Source: Magallana gigas
Lineage: Eukaryota
Reading direction: 5' to 3'
Assembly: GCF_963853765.1 (NCBI RefSeq)
Contig: NC_088858.1
Location: 39,866,001-39,930,000, forward strand
Length of the DNA stretch: 64,000 nt
Part shown: piece by piece, positions 35,601-47,085 of the stretch
Numbering within the stretch: the first letter of the stretch is position 1
How the letters are laid out: every line of letters begins with the position of its first letter
Notes under the pieces: model-generated
Seen by the model: only the letters and a program-made list of their open reading frames with translations
The model's database searches: none
What the model was told of the DNA's origin: nothing
Translations under genes and position numbers: made by a program

Positions 35601-38600
35601 CCCGAGAGCTGAGGGGGCGGGGGAGTTCCTCCTGTCAGGGGTGCTATTGTTGCTACTCCCCCGAGACAGCCCAGCAGGGAACAATGGACCTGAGTCAATA
35701 CCTTGCTACAAATATCCACCAAAAATACATACAGTAATATTTCAGACAATGTTAAATTGTTTTATCAACTGGGAGGGTAGAATTAATTTTCAAGAATTTT
35801 TCTTATCAACAGATTTTCAAGCCAAACTCTCTTATTGTTTAGTGCCAATTTAATGGCATTAAAATCAAAAGGAATGTTACTTAGATTTAATAAAATACCA
35901 ACCTCCTGTTTTAATTTGAAAAGTTTCAGCTTCAGGTTTTCTTGATGCCTCTCACTTAACCTTGTTCTGGCCATGTGTGCTTTCAGCTGCTGAAGTAATG
36001 ACTCCCAGTAACCTATAAAGTATCAACAACATTGTAACTTCGATATTGTACAGTTATGTAGATCCCTCTAATGTTAATGGTTCTAAGAGAATCTGTTTAT
36101 CAATATTACCTCTAATTCTATCACAGACTTTTTATCCAAAATGTTGGTTTGGTTTTTTTTTGGGGTTTTTTTCGAAATTGACATATCGTCATATATATAT
36201 TGTATCATTATATTTACTACAATTCTACAATTCTAAATACAAGTTATGAAGTACAATGTATTCTATTTGAAGGATAAGACAGCTAGAACTACACTTCCAA
36301 ACCTTCATTAGTATTTTGGTAAATCAAAAGTTTGATAATTTTTGCTGCTTTGAATAAACATTTCTCATGATCAGTAAGTGACATTCTTCCGTTTTTGTTA
36401 TGATGTCATCTCATCCACTGACCTACATCCACTCCTTCTCCACCCTGTAACTTCTTCTTTATCTGTTCCTCCAGTAACAACAGCTGATTTGTCGTTTTTC
36501 CTTTGAAGATGGACTGAACTTCATGACTGACCGATTCATTGATTCTCTCCCTTCTATCCTGAAAGTCTACAATACAAAGCATCTGAAAACCACTCATTTT
36601 CTCTTCTCTTTTTTTTAAATAAAAGAATATGGTAAATGTATTTCCTTTTTAACATGTACATGTATAAATCAAAAGTTATTTTTTGGACTTTACATAAAGT
36701 TAGGGAGAATTTATCTCTAAGTTTCTTTGGAGAATTTGATTTGTCAAAAATAAACCATTGTTAACAGCACAGAACCAAACAATTCTTGCAACTTGGAAAA
36801 TTTTTCATTATGTCAGTTACACGCATGAGAATAAATGAAATTATTTATTACAAGAGTTAAGAAACAAGACTGCAGGGAAACATATTTGTACCTCTCTGGC
36901 TTGAGTCCAGTTTCCTCAACTGGGAGAGCTCATCATTGGCAATGGTAATGATATCTCTCCAGTACTCTACATTTTTGCCTTGTTCCAGTTCCAGGTAGAC
37001 TTTGATATCTTCTAGTAAATCTTCCAAGTCAGCTATTGTCAATCCCTATCAAAAAAGAAATTTTCCACATTTGGCACTCTGATGTGTACATGCATGTGTT
37101 ACTTATTAGGAGAAAGAAAATAAATCCAATGCTCAACTCCATGGAAATTCATATTACACTCGCACTCACGATACATTGTACATGTAATCATGTTTGTGAA
37201 ATTATCATATATGGCCTATGCTGGTAAATTGGTGATACAGTATCACCGAGGAAAAGTTTTTAAATACACTGGTCAAACAAATAATCAACAACACAAATCT
37301 CAGTTATTCTGAAAAATTCACTAGTCTGCATAGCTTAGCAAAATCATTCAGCTAAGCCATTTTTTCATAATGAGGACATTTTTAAGTTGACTTACATAGA
37401 GGTATGTGTATGGCTCATGCATTTCTACAGCAAGATCATCTTCCTCTGAACTGATGTACTTGGCCAATAAGTCAATTGGTTTGGCTGAAAAACAAACCAT
37501 CATTTTATTCTTATTAATCACCAGGAACCATGTTTACATACAGTTGAACTTTGATATCTCCACCACTGATATCTCGAATACATTCAATATGTTGAAGTTT
37601 TTAAGTACCGGTACCAACCATTTATTTTAAAGTATTTTACCCTTGATATCTCAAATACCGTACTCAGATATCTCTCAGTTTTCAAACAGTCCCATCTAAT
37701 TCGCGATAACAAAGTTTGACTGTAACATATATAATAAACGGTATCATAAAACCATGTTTTGTAATATTTTGCAGAGTAAATATTCCAAAATACATCAAAA
37801 TATGGAAAGAAATCAAAAGTTCAAAATTATATAGACAGATGTTCCTATGATGCATGCTATTCACAGCATAATTCAGACTTTAATAAATTGATGTAACTTG
37901 TAATATGAAAGCTAATGCTACCTCTTCCATCTTGAATACGAATCTGTGACCGGAGTTTTGCTTGGTTCAGATGAAACTGAAATGAACATTAAATACAAAA
38001 CATAGAATTTCATATGAATTGCAAACACAAGTACAAAATGTATATAAAAGAACTGCATTTGATATTTGTAAATCAATGTTAATCATAATCAATCTTTTAA
38101 AGATAAATTTTGCTGAAAAAAAATTGATCTCTGGTCAACCCTGTACAAATTTTGTTTACTTGGATGGACGAACATAATGATTAATTACCAATGCAATGTA
38201 CTTAAACTTAATTATTTGTAATAATTGATGATCTTACATAATCTTCCTGTTTTTCCCATTCTCTGTAGTACTCAGATTCTTTTTCTCTCTGCATAAGCTC
38301 CTGTGAAATTAAACACTAAATGTAAGTGACTGTTACAATTGATCATCTACGATTCCAAAATGATAATCATTTAACATCCTGGCTTCCAAAATAAAAATGG
38401 CATTCAATCAAAAACAGATATTATGTCTTAGTTAAAAAAAACTGAAATGCATTGCACAAATTGTTTTGTTTTTTAATTTAAACCAGTATATACATATCTC
38501 ATATACTTACTCTTTCTTGATCCCTCTCTTCCATTTGTCTTTCTCTCTCTAATCTCCTTTTCTTGACTTTTTCCAACTCTCTCTGCAAATTTTCAAAAAA

Positions 38601-40551
38601 TAGTGTATGCTTAAAATTCAAATTAGCTGTCTTAAATAATACCCCAAAAAATTAATTACATAGGAATCAAAATACCAACCAAACAAGAGGCCCAGGGGCC
38701 ACATCGCTCACCTGAGCAACAATTGCCTTAATTCTGATCAAATTAGCATTACAGTATCAAAATATCTTGACAACTAAGTACAGTAGATCTTGCTAAAAAA
38801 AAATAGAAAATCTGCCAATTTTTATCCACCTCTTTTTTTTGGTAAATACCAAGCCCCTTTTGTTGTTGTACCTGTAAGAAGATTTTTCTCTATTCCAATT
38901 TACCCCCCCCCCCCCCCTCCATTTCGTGGCCCCCCTTTTCTCTAGGGAATCATGGTTTCATCAAACTTAAATCTGCATAACCTGTGCTTTCACACTAAGT
39001 ACCGAGTTTTGGACCGAAAACTTTCCCAAAATATTTTTAAAGATTTTTCTCTATATATTCCTATGTAAAAATTCAAACCGCCATCACGGCCCAGCCCTAT
39101 CACTAGGGACTGTGATTTTGCAAACTTGAATTTACACTATCCGAGGATGCCTCTACACAAGTTTAGGCTTGTCTGGCCAAATAGTCTTTAAAAAGAAGAT
39201 ATTAAAGATTTTCTCTATATATTCCTATGTAAAAATTCATCCCCCATTGTGGCCTCACCATACCCCATGACTATTATTTAAACAAACTTGAATCTTTACG
39301 ATCTTGGGATGCTTCCACTTAAATTTGGGCTTTCCTGGCCTTATAGTTTTGAGAAGAAGATTTTTAAAGATTTTCTCTATATATAAAAATTTATCCCCCA
39401 TTGTGGCCCCGCCCTACCCCCAGGGACCATGATTTGAACAAACTTGAATCTACATTATCTGAGGATGGTTACAATTTGAGCTTCCTTGGCCATAAAGTTT
39501 TGAAAAGAAATTTTTTTAAAGATTTTCTCTATATATTCCTGTATAAAAATTTATCCCCTAATTGTGGCCCCACCCTACCCCTGGGGACCATGATTTGAAC
39601 AAACTTGAATCTACACTATCTGAGGATGCTTCCACTCAAATTTAAGCTTTTCTGGCCCGATAGTTTTTGAGAAGAAGATTTTTTTAAAAAAATTTCGATA
39701 TATTCCTATGTAAAACTCTTGTGGCCCCACCCTATCCCCGGGGACCATAATTTGAACAAACTTGAATCTACACTACCTGAGGATGCTTCCATTTTAATTT
39801 GAGCTTTTCTGGCCCGATAGTTTTTTAGAAGAAGATTTTTAAAGATTTTGTCTATATATTTCTATGTAAAACTTGATCCCCTAATTGTGGCCCCACCCTA
39901 GCCCCGGAGACCATGATTTGAACAAACTTGAATCTACACTACCTGAGGAAGCTTCCACTTTTATTTGAGCTTTTCTGGCCTCATAATATTTTAGAAGATT
40001 TTTAAAGATTTTCTCTATATATTCCTATGTAAAACTTGATCCCCCCATTGTGGCCCCACCCTACCCCTGGGGACCATGATTTGAACAAACTTGAATCTAC
40101 ACTACCTGAGGAAGCTTCCACTTTGATTTGAGCTTCTCTGGCCAAATAATTTTTTAGAAGAAGATTTTTAAAGATTTTCTCTATATATTCCTATGTAAAA
40201 CTTGATCCCCCCATTGTGGCCCCACCCTACCCCCGGGGACCATGATTTGAACAAACTTGAATCTACACTATCTGAGGAGGCTCCCATTTTAATTTGAGCT
40301 TTTCTGGCCTGATAGTTTTTTAGAAGAAGATTTTTAAGGATTTTGTCTATATATTTCTATGTAAAACTTGATCCCCCCATTGTGGCCCCTCCCTACCCCT
40401 GGGGACCATGATTTGAACAAACTTGAATCTACACTACCTGAGGATGCCTCCACACAAGTTTGAGCTTTTCAGGCCGAATAGTTTTTGAGAAGAAGATTTT
40501 TGAAAAATACCAACAAATTTTCAATAATTCTCAATTATCTCCCCTTTAAAG

Positions 40552-40594
<43 letters not shown>

Positions 40595-40642
40595 TAGTGG
40601 TGCTTTGTGCCAAATTTGGTTGAAATCTGCCCAGTGGTTCTT

Positions 40643-40673
<31 letters not shown>

Positions 40674-40722
40674 ACGCCAACGCCGACGACAACGACAACG
40701 ACAACGCCGACAGACAACGGAC

Positions 40723-40754
<32 letters not shown>

Positions 40755-43700
40755 TGGCTCAGGTGAGCTAAAAAGAGATGTTTTGAGATGTTTGTTGATA
40801 CATGTATCAGTTTCAATATCAAGGAAAAATGACAGATATAAATTGTAAGTTACATGTACATACATTAGGGGTTGGTAGATTCAAGAAATCTATCATGATA
40901 ATTATGAAATAGGTAATCTAATTTTTAAAAACAATGACCAAAAATATCAGAAATCATATTATTGTGAAAATTGTAAATTTGGTTGTTTACATAAATAGGC
41001 ACAATATCTGTAAGCCAGTGCTCACTAGTAATACCCCCCACTCTGATATGAATAAACAAAGTAAGCACAGCTGACATTTAACAGAAAGTTGACTTTGTCA
41101 CTTCTGATTGGTACTAAAATAGATCCCACTAAAAAGCATGCCTAAACAAACATTCGTGATTAGTAGTTGCTGAGATATCTTTGATGAAAATTTGAAAATC
41201 TATGGTAATTAGGCTAAAAATAAACAAAGTTGTCATTTTACAGAGAGTTGGCATCCAATTGGTACAAAAATGTAACCCACCATATGGCATGCCTAAACAA
41301 AGAATGTGTTCAAATTTTAAGCACCTGCAATGAATAGTTGCTGAAAAAAATGCAACAGAAATTTTTGTTACAGACAGACCGACAGACCCACAAGGGTAAA
41401 ACAGTATACCCCTTCTCCTTCTGAGCAGGGGTATAATAAACACATAGAATGTCCAAGTACATATATTTTGAGTAAATGATTATTAACATATTAATTTTAT
41501 CGTCCTAGGTGTGCAGTTCTTTCACATTCAAATTTGACCTACCCTACTCTCCTCCAGTTTCATTTTCTGATGCCTATGTATTTCCTCCTCATTCAGATGC
41601 TTCTTCCCTTCTTTTTCCATTTTCTTGCCCCAAACAAATGTGTTTAAAAGACTTTCATCCCCGAAAGGATTATCTGAATTTGTGTACCCCTAAAACAACA
41701 CAAAAGTTTCTCATAAATATAATTTGGATCATGGGAAGTACTCTTGTATAGTTATAATGTGCTCATGAATTCTAGTTTCTTGAACAATAAAATATAGATA
41801 ATATACCAAATAATCTTTATCCCAGCCCATTTTCTCCTTACGCCTTCTCTCTTTGGCTTCTTTCTTTGCCAATCTTCTAGCACGTTTTTCCTCTGGTGTT
41901 TCCATTTGTTTCAGTAACTCTTTTTCTTTCCTAATTTGTATAAAATACATGTACATGTATTGATATTATGTGTCACTGAAAAGCGTACATATAAATAACT
42001 TACAAGAGCTGGATGACTGGGGCCATTTTTAGACTTTATTGGTATCTTTAATAAGAAAAGAACTCTACATGAAGCTATAAGAAAAAATTCAAATTTTAAA
42101 GCAAAATTATATGAAATTTTTCTTTGCTTAATAATACAGTAAAACTCGTATAGTATGAACATGCATATAGCAAAATCTCGAATATAGCGAAGTTTTTTTG
42201 AGTCCCAAGTTAATTCTTTACAAATCTTTGCAAATTGTTACGGTTATAACAAATTCAGATACAAAAAATATACGAGTATAGCGAACTGATTTTGAGTCCA
42301 GTAGAGGTGAATAATAACAGAATTGAACACTTTTATAAGAAATTTCTTTACTGTTTAAAGTTTGCATTACCAATTAACATGATAGTTTGAATGATTTTAT
42401 TTTCACATAAATATTTCAATTCACAATCCGATTATTAAAGGTATCAAAAGAATGTATTTTCAATCTAAGCCTCAACTAGCAAAACTGTAGTCTGGTGAAA
42501 GAAGACATTTATGTCGTGAATTCGCTACAGTTATTTTGACAAATCCGTTATACCAAAATAACGAATTACTGATATAACAAAGTATATCCATCAGACCCTA
42601 GGACTATACTATAACCAAGTTTTACTGTAGTTCACAGCTTAAAAATCATAGTTAAAAATTTAAGATACCGGTAGATCATTTGACTAATTTGTTGACAATC
42701 CAGCCTCCTTAAGGAAAATTATCAAATCTTTGGCCACTTTAAAAAAAAAAAATCATTTTTTCTTTCAATTGAGAATATTTATTGGACTGTTGTAATTCTA
42801 ATCATGGTTTTGAACAACTTAAAGGTTTGAAACATTTTAAAAGAAAATCAATGGCGAAGCGAACAGCATGGTTTCTTTTGCTCATTATATTCTTTATACC
42901 ACTTTATAGCGCGAAGCGAGCTCTACCGGCAAGGCGTGTGTGAATAGAAAATTCGGACTAGTAGCACATTCATTCAACAGATTTTTTGGGCGTAAGTAAA
43001 TCAGACCAGTAATGCATTGTTGCAATCACTTTAAAAGAGGAGATAGAGTGCAATGAACATTTATATTAAAATCTTATTATTCAACAACAATGTATTTGAG
43101 ATTGAAATATTGTTCTACCTATAAATAAGACCTAAGAAAAAAAATGGTTTGTTTCCGGTTTCCCGACCGACCCTAGCTTTTACCCCCCGACTCAAAACTT
43201 TTTTAAAAGGATTTTTGATGGAAAATCGTTTATTTCCCTTTTTATCCGATTTGGAAAAAAATTACTCAACATTTTGGTCACAAAAACGCTTGAAGCAGTT
43301 AGATCTTTTCAAATTAGTGTAACTCAAACATTTTGTTTCAAAATGGCTGTATGTTTCCATGTGTTGTAGATTTTACTAATGCCCTCATCGCTGGCAGAGG
43401 AAGTACCTGATATATAATATCATTTTTGTGTTTTCTTAAGACCAGCTTAATAGTCAGGAATGATATTAAAAGTATTTCTCATTTAATACCACTCAGCAGT
43501 GTCAGTATCTAACCGGCATGTATGGATACTGCAATATTAAAGGAAAAAAATATTTGAAAAAATAAAAAAAAATTCCGACCGACTGACCCTACTTTTTTTC
43601 AGCATGAAACCTGAAACAAACCATTTTTTTTCTTAGGCCTAAATAAATAAATAACAAATCTTATAAACTATGAATAATGTAAATTTACTGAAAAAAATAG

Positions 43701-44395
43701 GTATGTTTTTTTTTTATTTGGCAATCAAATTTATTTATGTTGTTAATTTTATTTTTATTTGATCACATGCTGCACTCGTCCCAACGGTTGCACCGTAAAA
43801 CATATTATTCTCAAATGGATTGAAAAACCTGTGGGATAGTGAGATGATTAAAACATCTCACAACTTACTTTCTTTCTTCTTTACTTTTTATAATTTTCTC
43901 AATTTTTTCTTTTTCAATGTTTTTAATTCGAGATGACCCTCCATCGTAATCTGACTCAGATGAAGAACTCGAGGGTGATCGTCGCCTTTTACTTTTGTGT
44001 GAACTCTTGGATGACCCTTTATACTTGTCCTTTTTTCTCGAGTCTGAGCGAGATCTTGATCTTTCCCTGATCACTGGTGATCTAGATCGTGATTTACGTC
44101 GTCTGGTTGGGGACCTGGAGTAGGATCTGTACCTCCGCAGTGATTTCCCTCTTGAGGAATCAGACTCTGAATCACTGTCTGATCTATCACAGAAAGAATA
44201 AGACAAGAAATACAACAAATGAAAAGATTTTCAACTGTTCTAATACAAGCATAAATCGTCTACTCTAAGATTCCAAATGATCAAAATATAAATAATCTTT
44301 CAGAAAGCCAGTTTCATAATTCTTGAATTTAAATACCTTCGCTTTTTATCCTTTTTATGGCGGTGTTTATCTTTAGATTTCTTTTTGTTGCCCAT
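32648..44395 (-). CDS. CACTIN: Cactin (spliceosome C complex-associated factor), 17 exons, 756 aa
   Basis: Exons 44395-44337, 44183-43869, 41930-41807, 41689-41543, 38582-38511, 38300-38238, 37976-37922, 37484-37396, 37045-36892, 36566-36423, 36012-35903, 35705-35437, 35111-34922, 34037-33798, 33529-33479, 33281-33219, 32773-32648 (2271 nt, in frame). RS-rich N-terminus; ETPEEKRARRLAKKEAKE; GYTNSDNPFGD; DKYRPRKPRFFNRVHTGFEWNKYNQTHYD; FQLWFHFKRYRYRR*. Confidence 0.97.
34077..34549. mobile_element. Tc1/mariner(pogo)-type MITE, copy 1 of 3
   Basis: TA|CAGTA(C/A)AACTCGGTTATAGCGAA ... GAGTTTTACTG|TA. Homologous to 42137-42627 (inverted) and 61124-61612. Confidence 0.85.
37541..37722. mobile_element. 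Short Tc1/mariner(pogo)-type MITE
   Basis: TA|CAGTTGAACTTTGATATCTC ... GATAACAAAGTTTGACTG|TA. Confidence 0.7.
38681..40774 (+). mobile_element. Non-autonomous Helentron/Helitron-type (HINE) element carrying a ~160-166 bp satellite array
   Basis: 5' AACAAGAGGCCC..CGCTCACCTGAGC; 3' hairpin GCTCACTTGAGCC-TTT-GGCTCAGGTGAGC (40740-40768) then A-run; (ACAACG/ACGCCG) microsatellite at ~40670-40720. About 9 tandem units at ~39040-40590, marked by recurring AACAAACTTGAATCTACAC, resembling the oyster Cg170/HindIII satellite. Confidence 0.9.
41001..41440 (+). mobile_element. Short HINE/pearl-like element in cactin intron 4
   Basis: ACAGACAGACCGACAGAC microsatellite followed by GGTAAAACAGTATACCCC..GGGGTATAATAA terminal hairpin. 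The 5' part (ATCTGTAA..GCTCACTAGTAAT.CCCC.CTCTGAT) recurs at ~50820-50880. Confidence 0.7.
42137..42627. mobile_element. Tc1/mariner(pogo)-type MITE, copy 2 (inverted)
   Basis: TA|CAGTAAAACTCG ... AAGTTTTACTG|TA. Confidence 0.8.
43129..43639. mobile_element. PIF/Harbinger (Tourist-like) MITE
   Basis: TIR GACCTAAGAAAAAAAATGGTTTGTTTC ... GAAACAAACCATTTTTTTTCTTAGGCC, with TAA on both sides (43126-43128, 43640-43642). Confidence 0.75.
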
Positions 44396-44684
44396 TTTCA
44401 CACTTTTTCTTCAAATTCGTAGATCAATCGTACATACAGGAACTTTGAGATAGAATACTAAAATTAAAACTTAAACTGGTGCACTACTTTTTCCCGGTTC
44501 TGAATAACGGAAAACGATCTTTTAAAAAATTAACCCCACGGTGATTAGGAAGCTAATCCAGGAATTTTCGTTTGGAGATTTCGGCATCTTATGATCAGAG
44601 GTAGAGTGTCTTAGAACTGCCGTGGGTCAAGGGCGAGGTCATTGCGAGGACCCATGCAGGAGCTCTTAGAGATGTTAAAAATAT

Positions 44685-44788
44685 CATATATGCACAGGCA
44701 CTTGTTTCTGAGAAAAAAAATTACCCTATAGTATCATTATACTATAGGGTAATTTTTTTTTTAGAAACCAAGTGCCTGTGCATATATG
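44685..44788. repeat. 104-bp near-perfect hairpin upstream of cactin
   Basis: CATATATGCACAGGCACTTG-TTTCT-(A)n-TTACCCTATAGTAT-CATT-ATACTATAGGGTAA-(T)n-AGAAAC-CAAGTGCCTGTGCATATATG. Confidence 0.9.
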
Positions 44789-46225
44789 GCCATGCAGAAA
44801 TTAGTCCTGACTTTTACCCCTTTCTATTTGTAACCATTATGAATGATTTTCAAACTTTGAAATACAAATATCTAATGAGTTAAAGTAAAGAAAATTGTAT
44901 CCATAATTCTTAATTTTTTTATATACCGGGTATATAATTTATAATTAAAACAGCTTTCCTTTAAACTTGCTAAAAAAAAATTAGTGTACGAAGTTGGCGG
45001 TAATGGACCTAAATAGTCTATATTGTGGAAAATAGTCTATACTTTGGAAATTATAGATTAAGAATAATAAATTTTCCATTTCTTTTGCAAATGTTGTAAA
45101 CGAGTTAAACCATGCACCGACGCTTTTAATTTATATATGGTAAATATGATATTGCATTAAACTCTTTTTAAAAATGCTTCTTACATGTAGAATGCAAGTC
45201 AGTTAATGGAATAGATTCAATTATAAATTACATATACAGGATAGAAACATCATTTGTATACACACATTTGAACTTTATAGACAATTTAATTTTAATATAC
45301 CGGTATCACTGTAAACAACCCCTAACGCGGGGGAGTCGACAAAAAGTAGGGGGGAGTCGATTTCAACACATAGGGGAGTCGATTTTCTTCGCTTCGAAGA
45401 CCGAAGGAATTTAAGTCACGCCTTTTGTAGGTATTTATAAGAAGTATTTCCAAAAAGTATATACCGCACGGAAGACAGTGATAGTCAAACTTTGTGTCGG
45501 TCATTGGTCCGAGTGCTCTATCCGTCTAGTAGTCTCAAACACTTCGAAACTATTTGACAGATTTCAAATTCACTATGATCGGGTGATCAAAATATGCATG
45601 ATTTGTAAAATATACGACTTACTTTGGGATACAGACAGTTGAAACAGTCGAACAAATGATCAACCTTGTAAGTGCAATAATCAAATCTTAACAAACCTTA
45701 GGAAAAAATGAATAATCAAGACATTTTCTGTTTAGATGTAACGGTAACGTAGAGGAGAGTCGATGTTCGGAAAACAACGCACGGGGGAGTAGAACAATGA
45801 AATCCAATTCACTATTAGCATTGTTTACACATTACACAAAAATGTAAGCTCTGCATCTTGCTTATAACTGGATGATTGACGATCACATTTTGGTCAACTA
45901 TTTAAAATGCCTCATTGAAGCACTGTAATTCCAGTATTAATCAAAGTACTGAAGAACTGACGGGAGTTGATTTTGTCGATGTTTATTTATTTTAAAATCA
46001 ATGGTATGTTATTTTGCATGACACGTACATGTAGTTTCTAATTTGTATTTGAATTACGCACATTTTTATAATATGAATTTTTGGACTTTTTCGACAAGAA
46101 TGTCGAGAAACCCCCATATGAATCATGTTAAATAATATTTAAAGATAAAATTTATTCAATCAAACTATGTATCAGTAATAGAAATATTTCTCAAAAATTG
46201 TATGGATCCAAGCAATATTGAACTC

Positions 46226-46339
46226 TAGTCTCGTTCAACCAAACGCTCGGCTGACACCGTAAATTTCCGACAAGCAAGAGAGACTCTCTGTTTGTCGGAG
46301 ATTTAAGGAGACAGCCGAGCGTCGGGTTGAACGAGACTA
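46226..46339. mobile_element. 114-bp MITE with TAG..CTA ends and 10-bp TSD (AcademH-like)
   Basis: TAGTCTCGTTCAACC ... GGTTGAACGAGACTA, with TATTGAACTC at 46216-46225 and 46340-46349. AcademH elements are reported to have 9-10 bp TSDs; the assignment is inference. Confidence 0.8.
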
Positions 46340-47085
46340 TATTGAACTCTGGCGTAGTAATACATACGACTACAAAAATTGTTCGTACCATTTAAAATCT
46401 GACTATTTTCAAGGTATTTATAAATAAGTTTCCTTGAAAAACAATGCTAATAACATACATTACATCGAATTTATCAATTATTTTCAAGAACTAAGTCTTG
46501 TCAGCAGCGATGATTTGTGCTGAGGTCCAAACACTGTTTCACTTTCGGTTTGTCTGAGTAACTGCATAGGAGAGTTGATTTTAAAATCAACTCCCAAAAA
46601 TGAAAAATGTTGACCAAAATTGTGGTCATGCCCCTTTAATTAATTAAATGGGCAATTTAATTGGCTTGGATGGATAGACAGGTGCATGGGCAGAAGACAA
46701 ATCATTTTAAAGCACATCCAATCATTTTGTGAGAGCAAAAGCCAACCTACATGTATATATAACACTTTAAAAATAATTTAATTAAATATTTTAATTACTT
46801 GCTGATGAAAGAAAAGAAAATGATTACCAATAATACAAACCACAATTAATATTAACTTTACTCTGACCATTACATGTAATGAATATTTCTTTATATCCTT
46901 AAAATTTAAAAATAATTAAGAAGACACTAAAAAAATTCAAAAACTAAATAAATTAAAATCTGCCTGATTTTCTTCGAAACTATCGTAACTCAATATATGT
47001 ACATACATGTATATTGCATATTTCTCTCACTGATTTTGAAAAATTAATTTCTACCATTCATCTTGTTTAAAAATCACTTTTCACA

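Noticed and set aside
39040-40590. Regular repeat array considered as CRISPR-like
   Set aside because: Units are full tandem ~160-166 bp monomers with no unique spacers, in a eukaryotic intron: satellite DNA.
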